Positions 14,842 to 27,200 of a stretch of DNA of 64,000 nt are shown here, piece after piece. The stretch lies in NCBI GenBank assembly GCA_047967505.1, contig CM106538.1. The stretch is one strand, 5' to 3'. This DNA comes from Dipteris shenzhenensis. Lineage: Eukaryota. Positions within the stretch are counted from its first letter, which is position 1, and every line of letters begins with the position of its first letter. The position numbers and the translations under genes were made by a program. The notes beneath the pieces are model-generated. The model saw nothing but the letters and a program-made list of their open reading frames with translations, was not told where the DNA came from and made no database searches.

Positions 14842-16274
14842 GAATGTACCTCTAAGCCTGGATGCAACCGAAGGTGTAGGAGAGTTGGGCGAGGCTACAC
14901 TCATGAAGGGGGCTTCCGATGCCCTTGGACCTGAGGGATCTTGCATCACTCCTTCAAGGCTTTGTGTTTCGTTTGAACTAGAGGGAGTTTCTAAACGGGG
15001 ACCTACGAATGAGTTGAAGCTCGAGATCGAGCTTCCAGACTCCCAACTAGGATGGAGGGTGGGCTAAGTGTAGCTCAAAGCGCTTTCTTCTAACATGGGA
15101 CCCTTTGGCAAAATCCTTTCAGACCTCAAGTGCATGTGGGATGCCTCTAGCTAGGAACACCCAAGCTAGACTGAGGTTCTGGAATTTTCTATTAATTCCT
15201 TAGCTATCGCACCGAGCGGTAGGATAACTCTATAGCACCTATATGTGTGCTATAGGTATAGCAATGGGCGGTGTAGTATGGTTTTGGCGACTGGTGGTGG
15301 CGTAGCCTTTCAGCGAATGATGACAATCAGCAAAATAAGGAATTAGCATCGATCGGTGTGATGAATATATCGCGACGATCGGTGGGATAATGAGTGCCAC
15401 GTTGTTGATGCGATCGATTGGAAGAGATATCCCCATGGGCATAGGGATATTGGATAACAATAGGCGGTGGAATAGGGAGTCAGCAGAATCTTACTAATGC
15501 ATCAGCCGGTGGGCTATGGATATAGCGACGATGGCAGGGTAAGCATAAGACACTGGATGGCATAGAGACACAACGATGGGCGGTGTGATGGAAGTAGCAC
15601 AATAGGCAGAGGGGAACGATTACAACCGGGCATGGGGGTGGGTTCACCGTGCCGACAATGGGATAGTAAGATAGCAATGGTCGGCAAGGAACCACTACAG
15701 CACCGGTCAACGACTTGTTAGATCACGCTGTTAAAGTAAATCTGACACGCATTAACTCTAGGCGATGGGGTAAACCATAGTCAAAGGTTAGGTCGACGTG
15801 GTAGCACTACAACATCGGGTCAATGTAGGTTGATCGATTGGATCAAACTAATGCACTGGTTGATAGGGAATCGGGTCGGTGTGATATGCTACAGCATCGA
15901 CTCAGCGGGATATTCATACACAATTTTGCCAATTGAGATTTGATGATTTCTAAGGATTTGCAGTTTTTGTTCATGATTTTTTGTGATGGGGGGTGCTACA
16001 CTACCTATTCTACTTACTCAATGAAAAAAAGCTTGAAAACAAACACTTTTAAAATCCAAAATGCAAAAACTTAGAAAAGGGGAGTTCTAAAACATGAAAC
16101 TACTTCAAAACTTGAAAAAAATCCTTAGTTTTGTTGTTTTTTGAGGTGATTAGACCAACACACCCCTTAGCAATCAAGCCCACTAAGTTCCTATCAACTT
16201 GAAACACCAAAAAGCATACAAAACAAGCTTCCCATGCTCACAAATGGCATTCCTACATGAAAAAATAGATTTAT

Positions 16275-16277
<3 letters not shown>

Positions 16278-16336
<59 letters not shown>
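16278..16336. repeat. (CT)n microsatellite in the Gypsy leader
   Basis: Direct read, about 29 units. Confidence 0.95.
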
Positions 16337-16341
<5 letters not shown>

Positions 16342-16475
16342 ACCTCTGTTCCCTCCTATAACTCCACTAACAAGCTCCAAGGTAAGCTTGAAAACTTGTG
16401 CAATGGGAATATATAGAAGGGAGACGAGCGCAAATGCAAAAGCATACCTTTTATCCCTAGCAGTGGCACCAAAAA

Positions 16476-17022
16476 TGTAATGGGTCTCTGTGATGACTCA
16501 CGTGTCATGGGCTAATTGAAGATATGCCAATGGAGTCTCCACTCCCGGCTACTCCTTGTGGGAGCAATACATAGCACGAGTCATCGACAAAAGTGTCACT
16601 CAAGCGGCCTCCGGATTGTTGCCATCATGTGGTTTCACGCTAGAAAGAGGGAAGGGGGAGAGGGGAGGGGAGAGGGAGAAGGAGGGAGAAGGGAGGAAGA
16701 GGAAGGGAAGAAGGAGAAGGGAGTGAAGGGGGATAGAGTGACAACCACAAAGGCACTACAATGGAAACAAGAGAACACCCAAAACAATCTCTTGGAAGAG
16801 AAGAGGGAGCTTGTATTCAAACTTGTGCAAACAACAATGAAGACCAAAGTCAACCATTTGGCCTTTTATACAAGTCACCTTTTGAAGGGACAAATAGTGC
16901 TTCTGTTAGCCTCGCCACTCTTAGGCTCGGGTGATTTGGGGCTCAAACTCCCTGAGCGCCCTCACACCTTCACCTATCTGTGGTTTGAACCTCATCGACT
17001 AGGCTCAAAACCTAGAGTGACA
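16476..17022 (-). repeat. 5' LTR of the Athila/Tat-like element
   Basis: On the minus strand it starts TGTCAC (17022) and ends CATTACA (16476). It is followed by TTTTTGGTGCCACTGCTAGGGAT (16475-16453), a degenerate Athila-type PBS (TTTTTGGCGCCGTTGCCGGGGA). The partner LTR is outside the window, so the 17022 boundary is inferred. Confidence 0.65.
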
Positions 17023-17099
17023 AGGCTAGGCTTCCGCATGACACCCCACGACAAACCTGAATGTTGCTAGAAGCCTTTTCTTTGGAATATTTGGGGAAC

Positions 17100-19690
17100 A
17101 AACTCCCTGAGTTTGAGTTGTACTCCTTCTGTGGCTATTTTCATTGGCGTCGTTATTTCCTGTGGATGTGGAGCTGAATAGTGCAAGGCGCATGCACTCT
17201 TCGTGGCACAGAAGTGTGCACCCCTCCTTGTTCCTGGTATGCACCTCCTTGCTCCGAGCAGGGGCAGTTGGAACATACAGCCTGTGCCTGGGATCCATGT
17301 TGGGGACTGGGTGAGGGGAGGCTCCATGGTGGGCATCTTAACAAAAGTACCACTACGTCAGATCACTCTCCGATCGTACTCCACCTAGAGCAGCCCCGTC
17401 GAGGACTCCCCCAAAAGGGGGTTTACATTCCAAATGATCTCTTACATGACTTGCAGGCCATGGAGGCTCATCGGGCTGATATTTTATACCACTCCTCTAG
17501 GGCCAAATGGGTACAACAAGGGGATAGGATGAATAGACATTTATTAAATTTGTATGTGGAGGGCTCAGCCACGAGTCTTAAGGCAGTCATAGGGGATTTG
17601 GATATCTACAATGAGGCGTCTGGGGCCTGCAGTAACTAGACCAAATCTATTGCCTTCTTCACAATCATAAAGGAGGTTCAAAAGGTTCATCACTGGGGTC
17701 TACTTTTGGCTTTTGTTGGATTCTGCAAAGACAGACAGCGAGGTACCTTGGCTGATAGGTGGGAACGGACATCTCAACAGAGTAGCAGATTGCCCTGGTT
17801 CTCGAGAGCGTTCAGCACAAGCTCTTGTATTGGAGCTTGGCCAAACTCTTCTGAGCAGGTAGAGCACTGCTACAATCAAGTTCTTCTTGCCACCACAGCC
17901 TGGTACATAGCCTCCTACTGGTGTTTCCACCAGGGATGCATTGGGCAATTGAGACAGTTGGTGCACAAGTTCCTTTGGGCAGGATCAGATGGCACATAGA
18001 AAACTAGAGCCCAAGTGGCATGGCAAATTGTGATCATGCCTAATACATGAGGAGGTTTGGGCATCGTTGATCTGGAGATGTAGAGCAAAGCGGTATATGA
18101 TCACTCCTTAGGTATGGAGCCCTAGAATCTCCCCCTTCAATGGGGGCTTCTAGAGAACACTCCTTGAACAGGTGAACAATGGTAGTAGTCCCACAGGGGA
18201 TCTTTTCAATGGCTCTCCTCCCACGGAAGGGATTCCCCCTCATGAGGATCCTTTTTAGGGTCTGGCAATGGCAGCTGGCTAGGAGGCTCAGCCATTTCAG
18301 TCCCTCCTACAGGAAGGAGTTCAAGAGGTGGCACCTATAGGTCTGAGACACGAAGGGGCATATGCTAGGCCAATGGATGCATATTGGATGGGCACAATGG
18401 GATAGTGGCCCAGCTAGATCTTTAGGAGTTTCAAGTTGGCTCCCTAGGGATGCAGAGACAAGAGGATAGACCGTTTCACATTTGAGGGGGGCAGAGAAGT
18501 TCTCACGGATAGGGGTGCCTTTCAAGGTTTGCTTTTTTTAGGATATCATTGTTTCCTTTCACCGTTGCCACAGGGTTTACAAGGTGGGTCATAGAGTCTG
18601 TTGCAGATTGAGACAAGTAGGGATCGTCTAGATGGGGTGGCTATAGATGGTTTGGAGTGGTAGTGGATCAGGGTAGTGGGCTGCTTAGGCAAGGGATGGC
18701 ACATTGATTCGGACATGGTCCTGTCAACCTCAAAGGGAACAATTTGGTGTATGTAGCCTTGAGAGGGCCGGCCCCTCTGTGATATTCAATGGGACCCATG
18801 GGAGTGGTTCTAGGCAACTAGAGCAGGGCACGCGAGTAGGGTAGAGGAGGTGCCCTCTTCTCGTACACAACTCGCATCAGCCCCATCATCTTCAGCTAGA
18901 GGTAGCTGGTTGGACACCCTCGAGGGAGTGCTTTTGGGTTGAGCAGCCTCATCTTTGGACTAGCATGAGCATGAAAGACCTCCTATTTCTTCTGGTTGTT
19001 GGCCCATGGGGAATTTCTATTGGCCCCTGGCTAGAGGAGATGAGTGTAGATGGCAGATGCCTTTGCTATAGCATAGAGGGAGTTTTGAGACTATACCCCC
19101 TTGCCTATGGGGGTGTCCTGCAGCTCATAGCATTTGGCTAGTGGCCTTTAGGATTGTGGCCCACATACAACGGATACAGCGAGACTTCACTTGGGGGATG
19201 GTTACATGGCTCACAGAGGGAGGGCATGCCTTCTTGATTGACCCAGGCTCACTAGCGTATAGGGTCCATGGCCAACAACTCTTCCAGATAGAGACTGATG
19301 ATGCGTCGTCGACTTCTTGTGTATGCCTAATGCCCTCACTAGAGGATAGTGTTTGCAAGATGATATTTAGCATCAATGCCTAGAACATATGAGAAGTACG
19401 GTGTAGTCAGGTGATGGGAGGTCAGTAGACCACTCCATCGGCTACCCTTGTTGCCATCTGGTAGGACATTATCTTTATCTTGTGTGCCATTTGGAAGTGC
19501 AATACTCCAGGATCGAGAGCAATTGTCGAAAGTTGGGAGCTATTCTCCAAGGCTTGGCAGCCTGGATGCATCTTCTATACTCTTTCACATGGGATATCCA
19601 TTGTATGTATGGACCACCCCCCTAGTTATTAGCCCCTTTTCCAAAGATTCCCTAAGTAGTGTGCTGGGTTCTCTAGGAAATAGGCTGGTT
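17100..19690 (+). mobile_element. Heavily decayed L1-like LINE ORF2 remnant
   Basis: Endonuclease end (SDHSPIVL), SRAKWVQQGDR, ASGACSN.TKS, 'HKFLWAG...VAWQ...GGLGIVD' and a downstream WDPWEW segment similar to the LINE at 31416. Boundaries are approximate. Confidence 0.75.
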
Positions 19691-22600
19691 ATTTCCTGAC
19701 AACTAGTTGTCTCTCTTGTACTTACCTTCCTTAGCTCATTTTGGTAGCTAAGTTGTACGATGTTTTTCAAGCATAATAAAAGCTTCCTTTTTCTGAGGGA
19801 GAACAAGAGGCTTACATGACATCTTGTTAAATGCCTAGCAAAATTATGAATGATGATGGTGCTCACATATGGAGCCTTACCATGACTAAATGTGGTGCTC
19901 ATAACAAGAGACTTATCCAACCTTATATTTGTGTGTCTTCGATAAAAATAGTCTTGTATGAATGCTTACCCATGGTGGTGTAGGTTCTCATTAATGGAGG
20001 CTTTAACCTTAGCAAGAAAAAAGTCACTTTGAGTGGTGCTTCACTAATAGAAGGCTTTACTCCACATGTAAGAAGTTCAAAAAAAATCACCTAGTATTTG
20101 GGTCTAAGTCACATTTTTTGGGCATATTTTCACCCTGGCCATAACTTATTGTTTAAATTGGAACTTGTCAAAGCCCACCTTTTAGTGTGTGAAAAGTGGG
20201 CTAGACATCATCTCATAAGCACCAATTTCAAGTACCTTATGAAAAAGAAACTCATCATAACTTCAACAAAATATATCAAAATTTGGATGTCGTCTTTCCC
20301 AAAAGGTTCAACCGAATAAAACCAACATTTCTACAAAGATTTTCGGCAAATTCGACAAAGTATTACTCAAAGGGCAACACTCAATCAACAAATTAGCATC
20401 CTTGAACAAGGACATCATCAATTGGAGAATTTCAACATTGCATAAAACAAGCGCATCATCAATTGGAGAATTTTGGCAAATTTGGAAAAGTATTTCTCAA
20501 AGGACAACACTTGATCAACAAATTGGCATCCTTGAATAAGGCCATCGTCAATTGGAGAATTTTGGCATCATCAAGTTCAATTCAAAAAAATTTATGGCAA
20601 AGGACATCAATTCCAGTAACTAATGCTATTTAACTAATTATTCAAATGATATTTGAAGCATTTTGGCAATCAAGTGGTACAACAAATCAAGGCAAGTCAT
20701 CTTTTTCATCAGTGGCACATTCAACAAAGGGAAAGTCAACATCAACGATATTTTTACAATCATGCACATTTTTAATCGATAAACGAATGCAAATACTTTC
20801 AAGATTCCATCAAAAGGCAAGCAATATGACTCTCAATAACCACAGTCTACAACAATCAAAGCTTATCCCAATGATCTTTCAATGGATCTTTTTATCGAAT
20901 CAATTTATTAATAACTTTTGGTATTACCAAGTGAAGAACTCTTGCCCTAAATAAGCAATTCAATTGACATAACAAAGGAATTAAATGATCTTTGTATAAC
21001 GCAATTACCAGAGCAAGAGGGGGAGATGTCTTCATCATGAAGACTTATGTCATCAACAATGAAGACATTTATGTGACAATCTTTCATTAAAAAGAAATGT
21101 CAGTTCAACAATATGCATTTTGATTTATGCAAAGTTGAAACAAAGGTAATCTTTGGCAAAGGAGTCTTCAACGTTTAAAGAATTCAACTAAAAATGAGAA
21201 GGTGGATTTCGCTAGAAAAAAAGGATTCCTTAAAGGTAGACATTTTTTGGAAGCCATCATAATTGATTGGGCAACTTGTGAGTATGCCAAAGATACTCCA
21301 ACGTTATATTTGAATTTTGAAGTTGACTTTGTTTAAATCCTATGATAGATTTGATTGAGGATTCAAACACTTTATGACTTGGGATGAGGTCTAGTTTTTA
21401 ACCTCTTGCTAACGCATGCTAATGCCAAAGTGTGTGTCAAGGGATAATGTCCTCACTTTTCCTCTTCAAAAGATCCATTATATTTGACTTGGTATGAAAT
21501 AAACAAGGATGAATGTTTTATCAAGAAAGGCTATGACTATTTTATGTTGTGATTCTTGTGCACCCATTATAGAAACAATATTATGAACATGATTCATGCA
21601 ATCACAAATCTCCCTTAAGGGAATACATGTGAAGGTGATTTCATTCTATGAAAAATTTAATTTAGCTTAGGAGACACTTGAAGTATACTTATATTATATC
21701 CTTAAAGGGTATAATGTCCCGTTCTTTTCTCCGTTTGCTTCATTGTTATGATTCTTTAAGTTTTCACAATATAATGATTAAGGGATTACATCATGAAAAC
21801 CAAACTTGAAGTGGTAATAATACCTTTACACTTGCAATATTTTATAAAGAAAGATTGTAACATAACTCTTCTATATTAGTGCATGTGACTCCATGATGGA
21901 AACAATCTTTTCACATGTGAAGGCATATTCGTACTATGATCTTAACTTAGGATATACACTCGTATCGTAGACGATATTGCACGTCATTCTACACTCCATT
22001 GTTATGCATATTCAACTTTCCTTGATACAATGATTAAGGGTTACTAGCTCATGAAAATTCAGCTTGCCATGGTTAGAATACCTTTAAACTTGACCTCGAA
22101 ACTCAAAGGATCCCTTCAACATATCCTCTCATCTATCATATTCGCTATGAACTTGTAGTATAATTTTGATAACAAAATTATTTTACGGTCTACATAGTAA
22201 TTCTAGTATGTATGGTTGCCCTTAAAAGTCAAATTTGCATTCACGAGTTTTGGGTGGGTAGGATATCGTGATGAGAAAAGTAAATCCTTTGAACAATTCC
22301 TCCAAAATATTCCCTTACAATTACAAGAGCTTAAAAGAACAATATAGCAAGGACGTGTACCTTATTTAAACATAGGTCATTTGTTGTGTTTTAAGATTTT
22401 AGAAACTACCCACCTCCCTAGAGACTGAACACTTTATTCATGGAGAATGCCCAATATATAGGCAAGGGAGTATGCATCTTTGCTAGGTCCCCCTGTTAGC
22501 ATGCTGGAAAGCTAAGCTAGCAATGCAAGTAGCAAGGTAGAGCAACTACCTACCTCTCCAAAAAGTACTATTGGCAAACCAACGTTTCATCTGCATCTGT

Positions 22601-23272
22601 TTCCATTTCCCCTAGCTTCAAGAGGTCGAAAATCATCACATACAAGGTGTCAACAAAGGATTGAATTATCTAGCTACTTGCATGCTTGCTTTAGTGTCGA
22701 GGTTCCTTGCATTTTGACCCTCGGTTGTCTCTTAGTCTGCCCAAAAGATGTCGACATAAATGAGATTCTTATTGATTTCTCATTAGGAAAAAAGGGAGCT
22801 CATTTTGGGGCCTTTTACGGTTTGGAAAAATAAGCTCTCAACCAATCAATAGAGGGCCAACATAACGTTGGAAATTCATGAAAATAACAGAAAATAGAAA
22901 AAAGAAACAATACTTTATGTAGGTACAAGCGTGCTACATTAATGTGGAGATTGGTTTTTTATTCTCATAAGATCTTTGGACATGAAGATAGAATCTAGTC
23001 TGACATTTTATCTGACAAGGGCCTTCTTACTTCCACCTTCCTTTGAACTTTGAAATGTTGTGCTGCCTTTCCTTTGAAAGGTCTACCATTCTACACCACT
23101 GCCTCATTGTGCAGCAGCCTCTTCTTTTCCAAAACTGCTCCCTTGAACCTGTTTGGAGTAGAGTAAGATGTTTCTTGTCAACTGTCTCTCTACCCACTTT
23201 CTCTTTCTTGAAACTTCAATTTGTTATCTTGTTTACATTACTTTGCTGTTGTTACAGATTCACAAGGTCTCC

Positions 23273-24425
23273 ATGGTAAATAAAAACCATGGCCGTTCTT
23301 GTGGAAGACGCTCTGTGGATGATAATGCTATGAAGGCAGAATTATACCACACATCCTTACCCCGTCGACCTGCTTCTTCTATTTCTTCGGTAGAGAATTC
23401 AAGTACAGTTAAAATGGAAGGAACTTGGGAAAGGTTAAGTGTTTCGAAAGGAGCATGGGTGCTCATGCAACCTAGCAAAAGAAAAAGACCCCAGACAAAA
23501 AACATTTTTTTGGCATCATGGAAGGAAAGAGTACGAGTTTTTAAAATCACCAGAGGAAAAATATCGGTGAAAGAAGTTTTGATTCAGCATGTGTACATGC
23601 ATAAAGAACTTGTCTTGCGAGACTATCCAAATGATCTTCCGCAACACAAACCTAATTGTATATTTTTCTATTGTGGTTTTTTTCTTTACGAGGTGTATGG
23701 ATTTTTAAGATGAAGCTTTCTTTCTTTGCTTATTGACATGGCAAAACATCGATTGTATTCTGGGATTTATAGATGTTTTGCATGGATCGATAGGAGAACA
23801 ACAATACCAAGGTCAATGTGCAACAGAGCTAGCTCAATCGGGTATATTTTTTACTGATCATTTTTATCAGTTGCTGGACAATGCTAACACACATGGTGTG
23901 TTAAGAAAACAAGACCTTCCGGCATGGAATTCAGTGGATTGGCCTCACCCACATTTTAGTGTTACAGAGGCATATAGGGCCAAGCTTTTCAAAGAAGTAC
24001 AGAAAGCTCTGAGGCCCAATATTACCACAAGGATAATAAAAATTTCTTTATGCATGCCTCTCACAGTTTTTGTGGATTTGTTTAATACCTTTCCAGTGAA
24101 GGTTTCAAAAACAATGTTCACAGTTAAAGCAACAAGTTCGGCATGCATGCCACAATTTTTGGATAAAGGTTGGGATAAGAAGACATGTAGTTCAGTGTTT
24201 TGTGAGGTTGTCCAATCTTCTATGCAATTGAAGTACATGGTTGCATCACAAAATTTTATTTTTTCTTTTTATTATAAGCGCAGTCGAATGCTAGGCACAA
24301 AACTAGTCCCAATGGATCAAGATGAAAATTCTTTTAGTGCAAAAAATAAACTTCTTGATATTGATGTTGTTGAAAATGGTGATGTGCTAGTCAATATCTC
24401 ATTAAGAGAATGTTGCTCTCCCTAG
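23273..24425 (+). CDS. Hypothetical protein with N-terminal BAH-like domain and an unknown C-terminal domain (two ORFs, probably spliced; may be a pseudogene)
   Basis: ATG at 23273 follows an acceptor-like ttgttacag (23257). ORFs 23168-23713 and 23733-24425 join in frame via a short GT..AG intron at 23658-23709 (52 nt, unusually short). The pattern KGAWVLMQP...WKERVRVF...VLIQHVYMHKEL...HKPN...IDCILGFIDVLH...FFTDHFY resembles BAH consensus spacing (by eye only). Confidence 0.55.
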
Positions 24426-24481
24426 CTCAATTGCGCAATGACATTCTGTTTGAGACAAAAGGTTCTATTTCAAAGGACTTT

Positions 24482-24937
24482 TTATTTATCTACAACAATA
24501 AAAACTCTCGATAAAGTGTTGAAGTCTTTGGCCATCAGAGTCACCCTGTGAGCATGGGCTGCTACCAGCATTGCATCTTCAAAATATTTTTCCAAGTAAT
24601 CCTCTGCCATTTCCTGTAAGGAAAGAATGACAGTCCTGTTCCACCTGAACCCAAGGTGCCAACTATCACATATGTCTTTCACCAGTCTTTGAAAAGGTGC
24701 CTTGGGGATTGCAAAGCCTATAGCTTTCTGTTGCTTCCTGATCTCCCTTAGCACACCTGCACCATGTTTTAATCTCTTGGCCTTTTGCTGGAGCAGGCTC
24801 ATTGGCTTACCCTTCCTGCCATGTGCACCTCTTCCCTTTGGAGGTACACTAAATTTCTTGGTACCTGCCCCAGCTGCTGTTGCTGCAAGCCCTGGCCCTT
24901 TGCCAGCTTTCCTTGCAGTTAACTTGGTTCTTGCGAT
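24482..24937 (-). pseudogene. Highly divergent histone H3-like gene (151 codons), start codon ATG>ATC; possibly still expressed via an upstream exon or non-AUG start
   Basis: ATC-GCA-AGA-ACC-AAG gives (M)ARTKLTARK. The full histone fold is present: GVLREIRKQQK...IPKAPFQRLVKDI...FRW...LQEMAEDYLEKYFEDAMLVAAHAHRVTLMAKDF. No internal stops. An acceptor-like gtatgcag lies 12 nt upstream (24950). Confidence 0.9.
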
Positions 24938-24979
24938 CACTCTGACAAACTGCATACAAAGCAATGGAAAGAGATTATA

Positions 24980-27200
24980 GCCATGGAGAACATGGTATGA
25001 CACAAAAAGACAATGACAGGGGTGGATGAAGCAACATTGACAATTTTGCAATAAAACACGATATGGACAGTTTGAAATTCCTAACAGCTCGAAATCACGT
25101 TTTTCTGCAAATACCTAAAGTGACATGCTGGTGCATTCCTACAGTGATTTCTCTGTCTTTACAACTAAATACAATATGAATTGAGTCTATGCAAGGAGAG
25201 TACAGCCATGGACAACTATGAAAGTCACAAAACCAGAATGACAGGGGTGGATGAAGCAACAGTTCAATATTTGCAACAAAACGCGATTTCGGTTGTTTGA
25301 AATTCCTAAAGCCTTCTCCTCGCATTTTCCTGCAAATTCATGAGGCAGCATGCTGGAATATGCCTTCAGTCATTTCAAGGTATTTGCATGTCCATGCAGG
25401 ATGGATTGAGTCTATGGAAGGCAAGAAGTGTGCACAGACTGAAGGAAGAACCCATAAGTACAATTTTACCCTCACATGCAATTATCACACTTGAAGATCT
25501 GCATTCCTACAGTGATTTCTCTGTCTTTACAACTAAATAAAATATGGATAGAGTCTATGCAAGGAGAGTACAGCCATGACACAAAACCACAATGACAGAG
25601 GTGGATGAAGCAACAGTTCAATATTTGCAACAAAACGCGATTTTGGCTGTTTGAAATTCCTAAAGCCTTCTCCTCGCATTTTCTTGCAAATTCATAAGGC
25701 AGCATGCTGGAACATGCCTTCAATCATTTCAATGTGTTTGCATGTCCATGCAGGATGGATTGTTTCTATGGAAGGCAAGAAGATTGCAGAGACTGAGGGA
25801 AGAACCCATAAACACTGACCTGAAAGCTATCTGTGGGTGTGTTGTGCTGCTGATGAGTACCCTGTGCTGGGGATGAACCTATGCTGCTGGTCAAGATGCT
25901 GATGTTGCAGAGTAGGGAGATAGGGAGGCAAGAGAGCTAAGACTGGAGGACCGAGACAGGATAGATTAAATGGGAGAGAAAGGATTAGTGCAAAATACAA
26001 ACAAGGCAGCTACTAAGTCCCACATGTGTGGAATGGAGTCGTTTTTCACACGTGTGGATGGGACCCAGATCTCTTGGAGTTTGAAACTTGGCACATGTGA
26101 AAGGGACACTTTTTGCCTTGGAACTTGTGCCATTCATGATTTCATAATCAGTTCCACCCTGCCTCCCAATCTTTCATCCCTGCCAGTACCCTCCCATCAT
26201 CCTTTTCCTTCCCTCTCGGATCCCTTCCTACCCACCACACTCCATGCAAGGAGAGTCCAGCCATGGACAACTTAGAAAGACAAAACCAGAATAACAGGGG
26301 TGGATGAAGCAACAGTTTAATATTTGCAACAAAACGCCATTTCGGCTGTTTGAAATTCATAAAGCCTTCTCCTCGCATTTTCCTGCAAATTCATGAGGCA
26401 GCATGCTAAAACATGCCTTCAGTCATTTCAATGTGTGTGCAAGTTCAAGCAGGATGGATTGAGTCTATGAAAGGCAAGAAGAGTGCACAGACTGAAGGAG
26501 GAACCCATAGATAAAGTTTTATCCTTAAATGCAATTGTCACACATTAAGATCTGCAAACATTGCTAAATCTACAGAGATGATTAATCTCTCACTCAACCA
26601 GCCCAATTCAAAAGTCTTCCTGCTTGTGGTTGCAGTGGAAAAACCTTAGGAATGCCTATAATCTTTATCCTAATATCCAAGGTACATCACATCCTACAGC
26701 CATGTGTGTTATACTATTAAACATAAAGATCAGGATATAAAGAGTCCTACAGACCTGGAAGCTATATGTAGGTGTGTTGTGCTGCTGATGAGTACCTTGT
26801 GCTGGGGATGAACCTATCCTACTGGTCAGGGTGCTGATGGTGCAGAGTACGGAGGTAGGGAGGCAAGAGAGCTGAGACGGGAGGGCCGACACAGGAGAGA
26901 TTAAACAGGAGGCAAAAGATTAGTGCAAAATACAAACAAGGCAGCTGCTAAATCCCACACGTGTGGAATGGAGTCGTTTTTTCACACACGTGGGTGGTAC
27001 CCAGATCTCTTGGAATTTGAAACTTGGCACATGTGAAAGGGACACTTTTTGCCTTGGAACTTGTGCCATTCATGATTTCATAATCAGTTCCACAACCACT
27101 CTTCCCTCCCCTGCCTCCCAATCTTTCATCCCTGCCAACACCCTCCCATCATCCTTTTCCTTCCCTCTCTGATCCCTTCCTACCCAGCACACTCCATGCA
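24980..27200. repeat. Complex direct-repeat region upstream of the H3-like gene
   Basis: A block 'gccatg...agggtggatgaagcaaca...tgcaaat' recurs at ~24980, 25205, 25573 and 26260. A ~430-bp segment at ~25820-26250 is repeated at ~26755-27200. Confidence 0.9.

Larger units (their letters stand above)
1..17022 (-). mobile_element. Decayed Ty3/Gypsy LTR retrotransposon, Athila/Tat-like, 3' end beyond the left edge; interrupted by a Copia at 9360-14841
   Basis: Minus-strand remnants in Gypsy order: gag (8291-8761, HVERFEQIC...AGQWY), aspartic protease tail (5975-6199, ...ILGRPFL), RT (4537-4791, RVCMDLKKVN...FLDGFSGYNQ), RNase H (3708-3971, NYTTTEREGL), integrase (3009-3251 FEKWGINFIGP; 2762-3016; 2238-2483 GPY motif). 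Many stops and frameshifts. A 116-bp internal tandem duplication lies at ~5179-5400. Confidence 0.9.

Noticed and set aside
16183-17070. ORFs with ER/SL repeats and a 184-aa ORF
   Set aside because: These are translations of a microsatellite and purine-rich LTR sequence.
24482-24937. Calling the gene CENH3
   Set aside because: It retains Q68, canonical loop-1 length and has no CDS introns. Only some CENH3 traits are present.
24482-25051. The 189-aa ORF as the true H3-like protein
   Set aside because: The first 38 residues start at TTG, run through repeat sequence and cross an acceptor-like site. H3 homology begins at ATC 24937.
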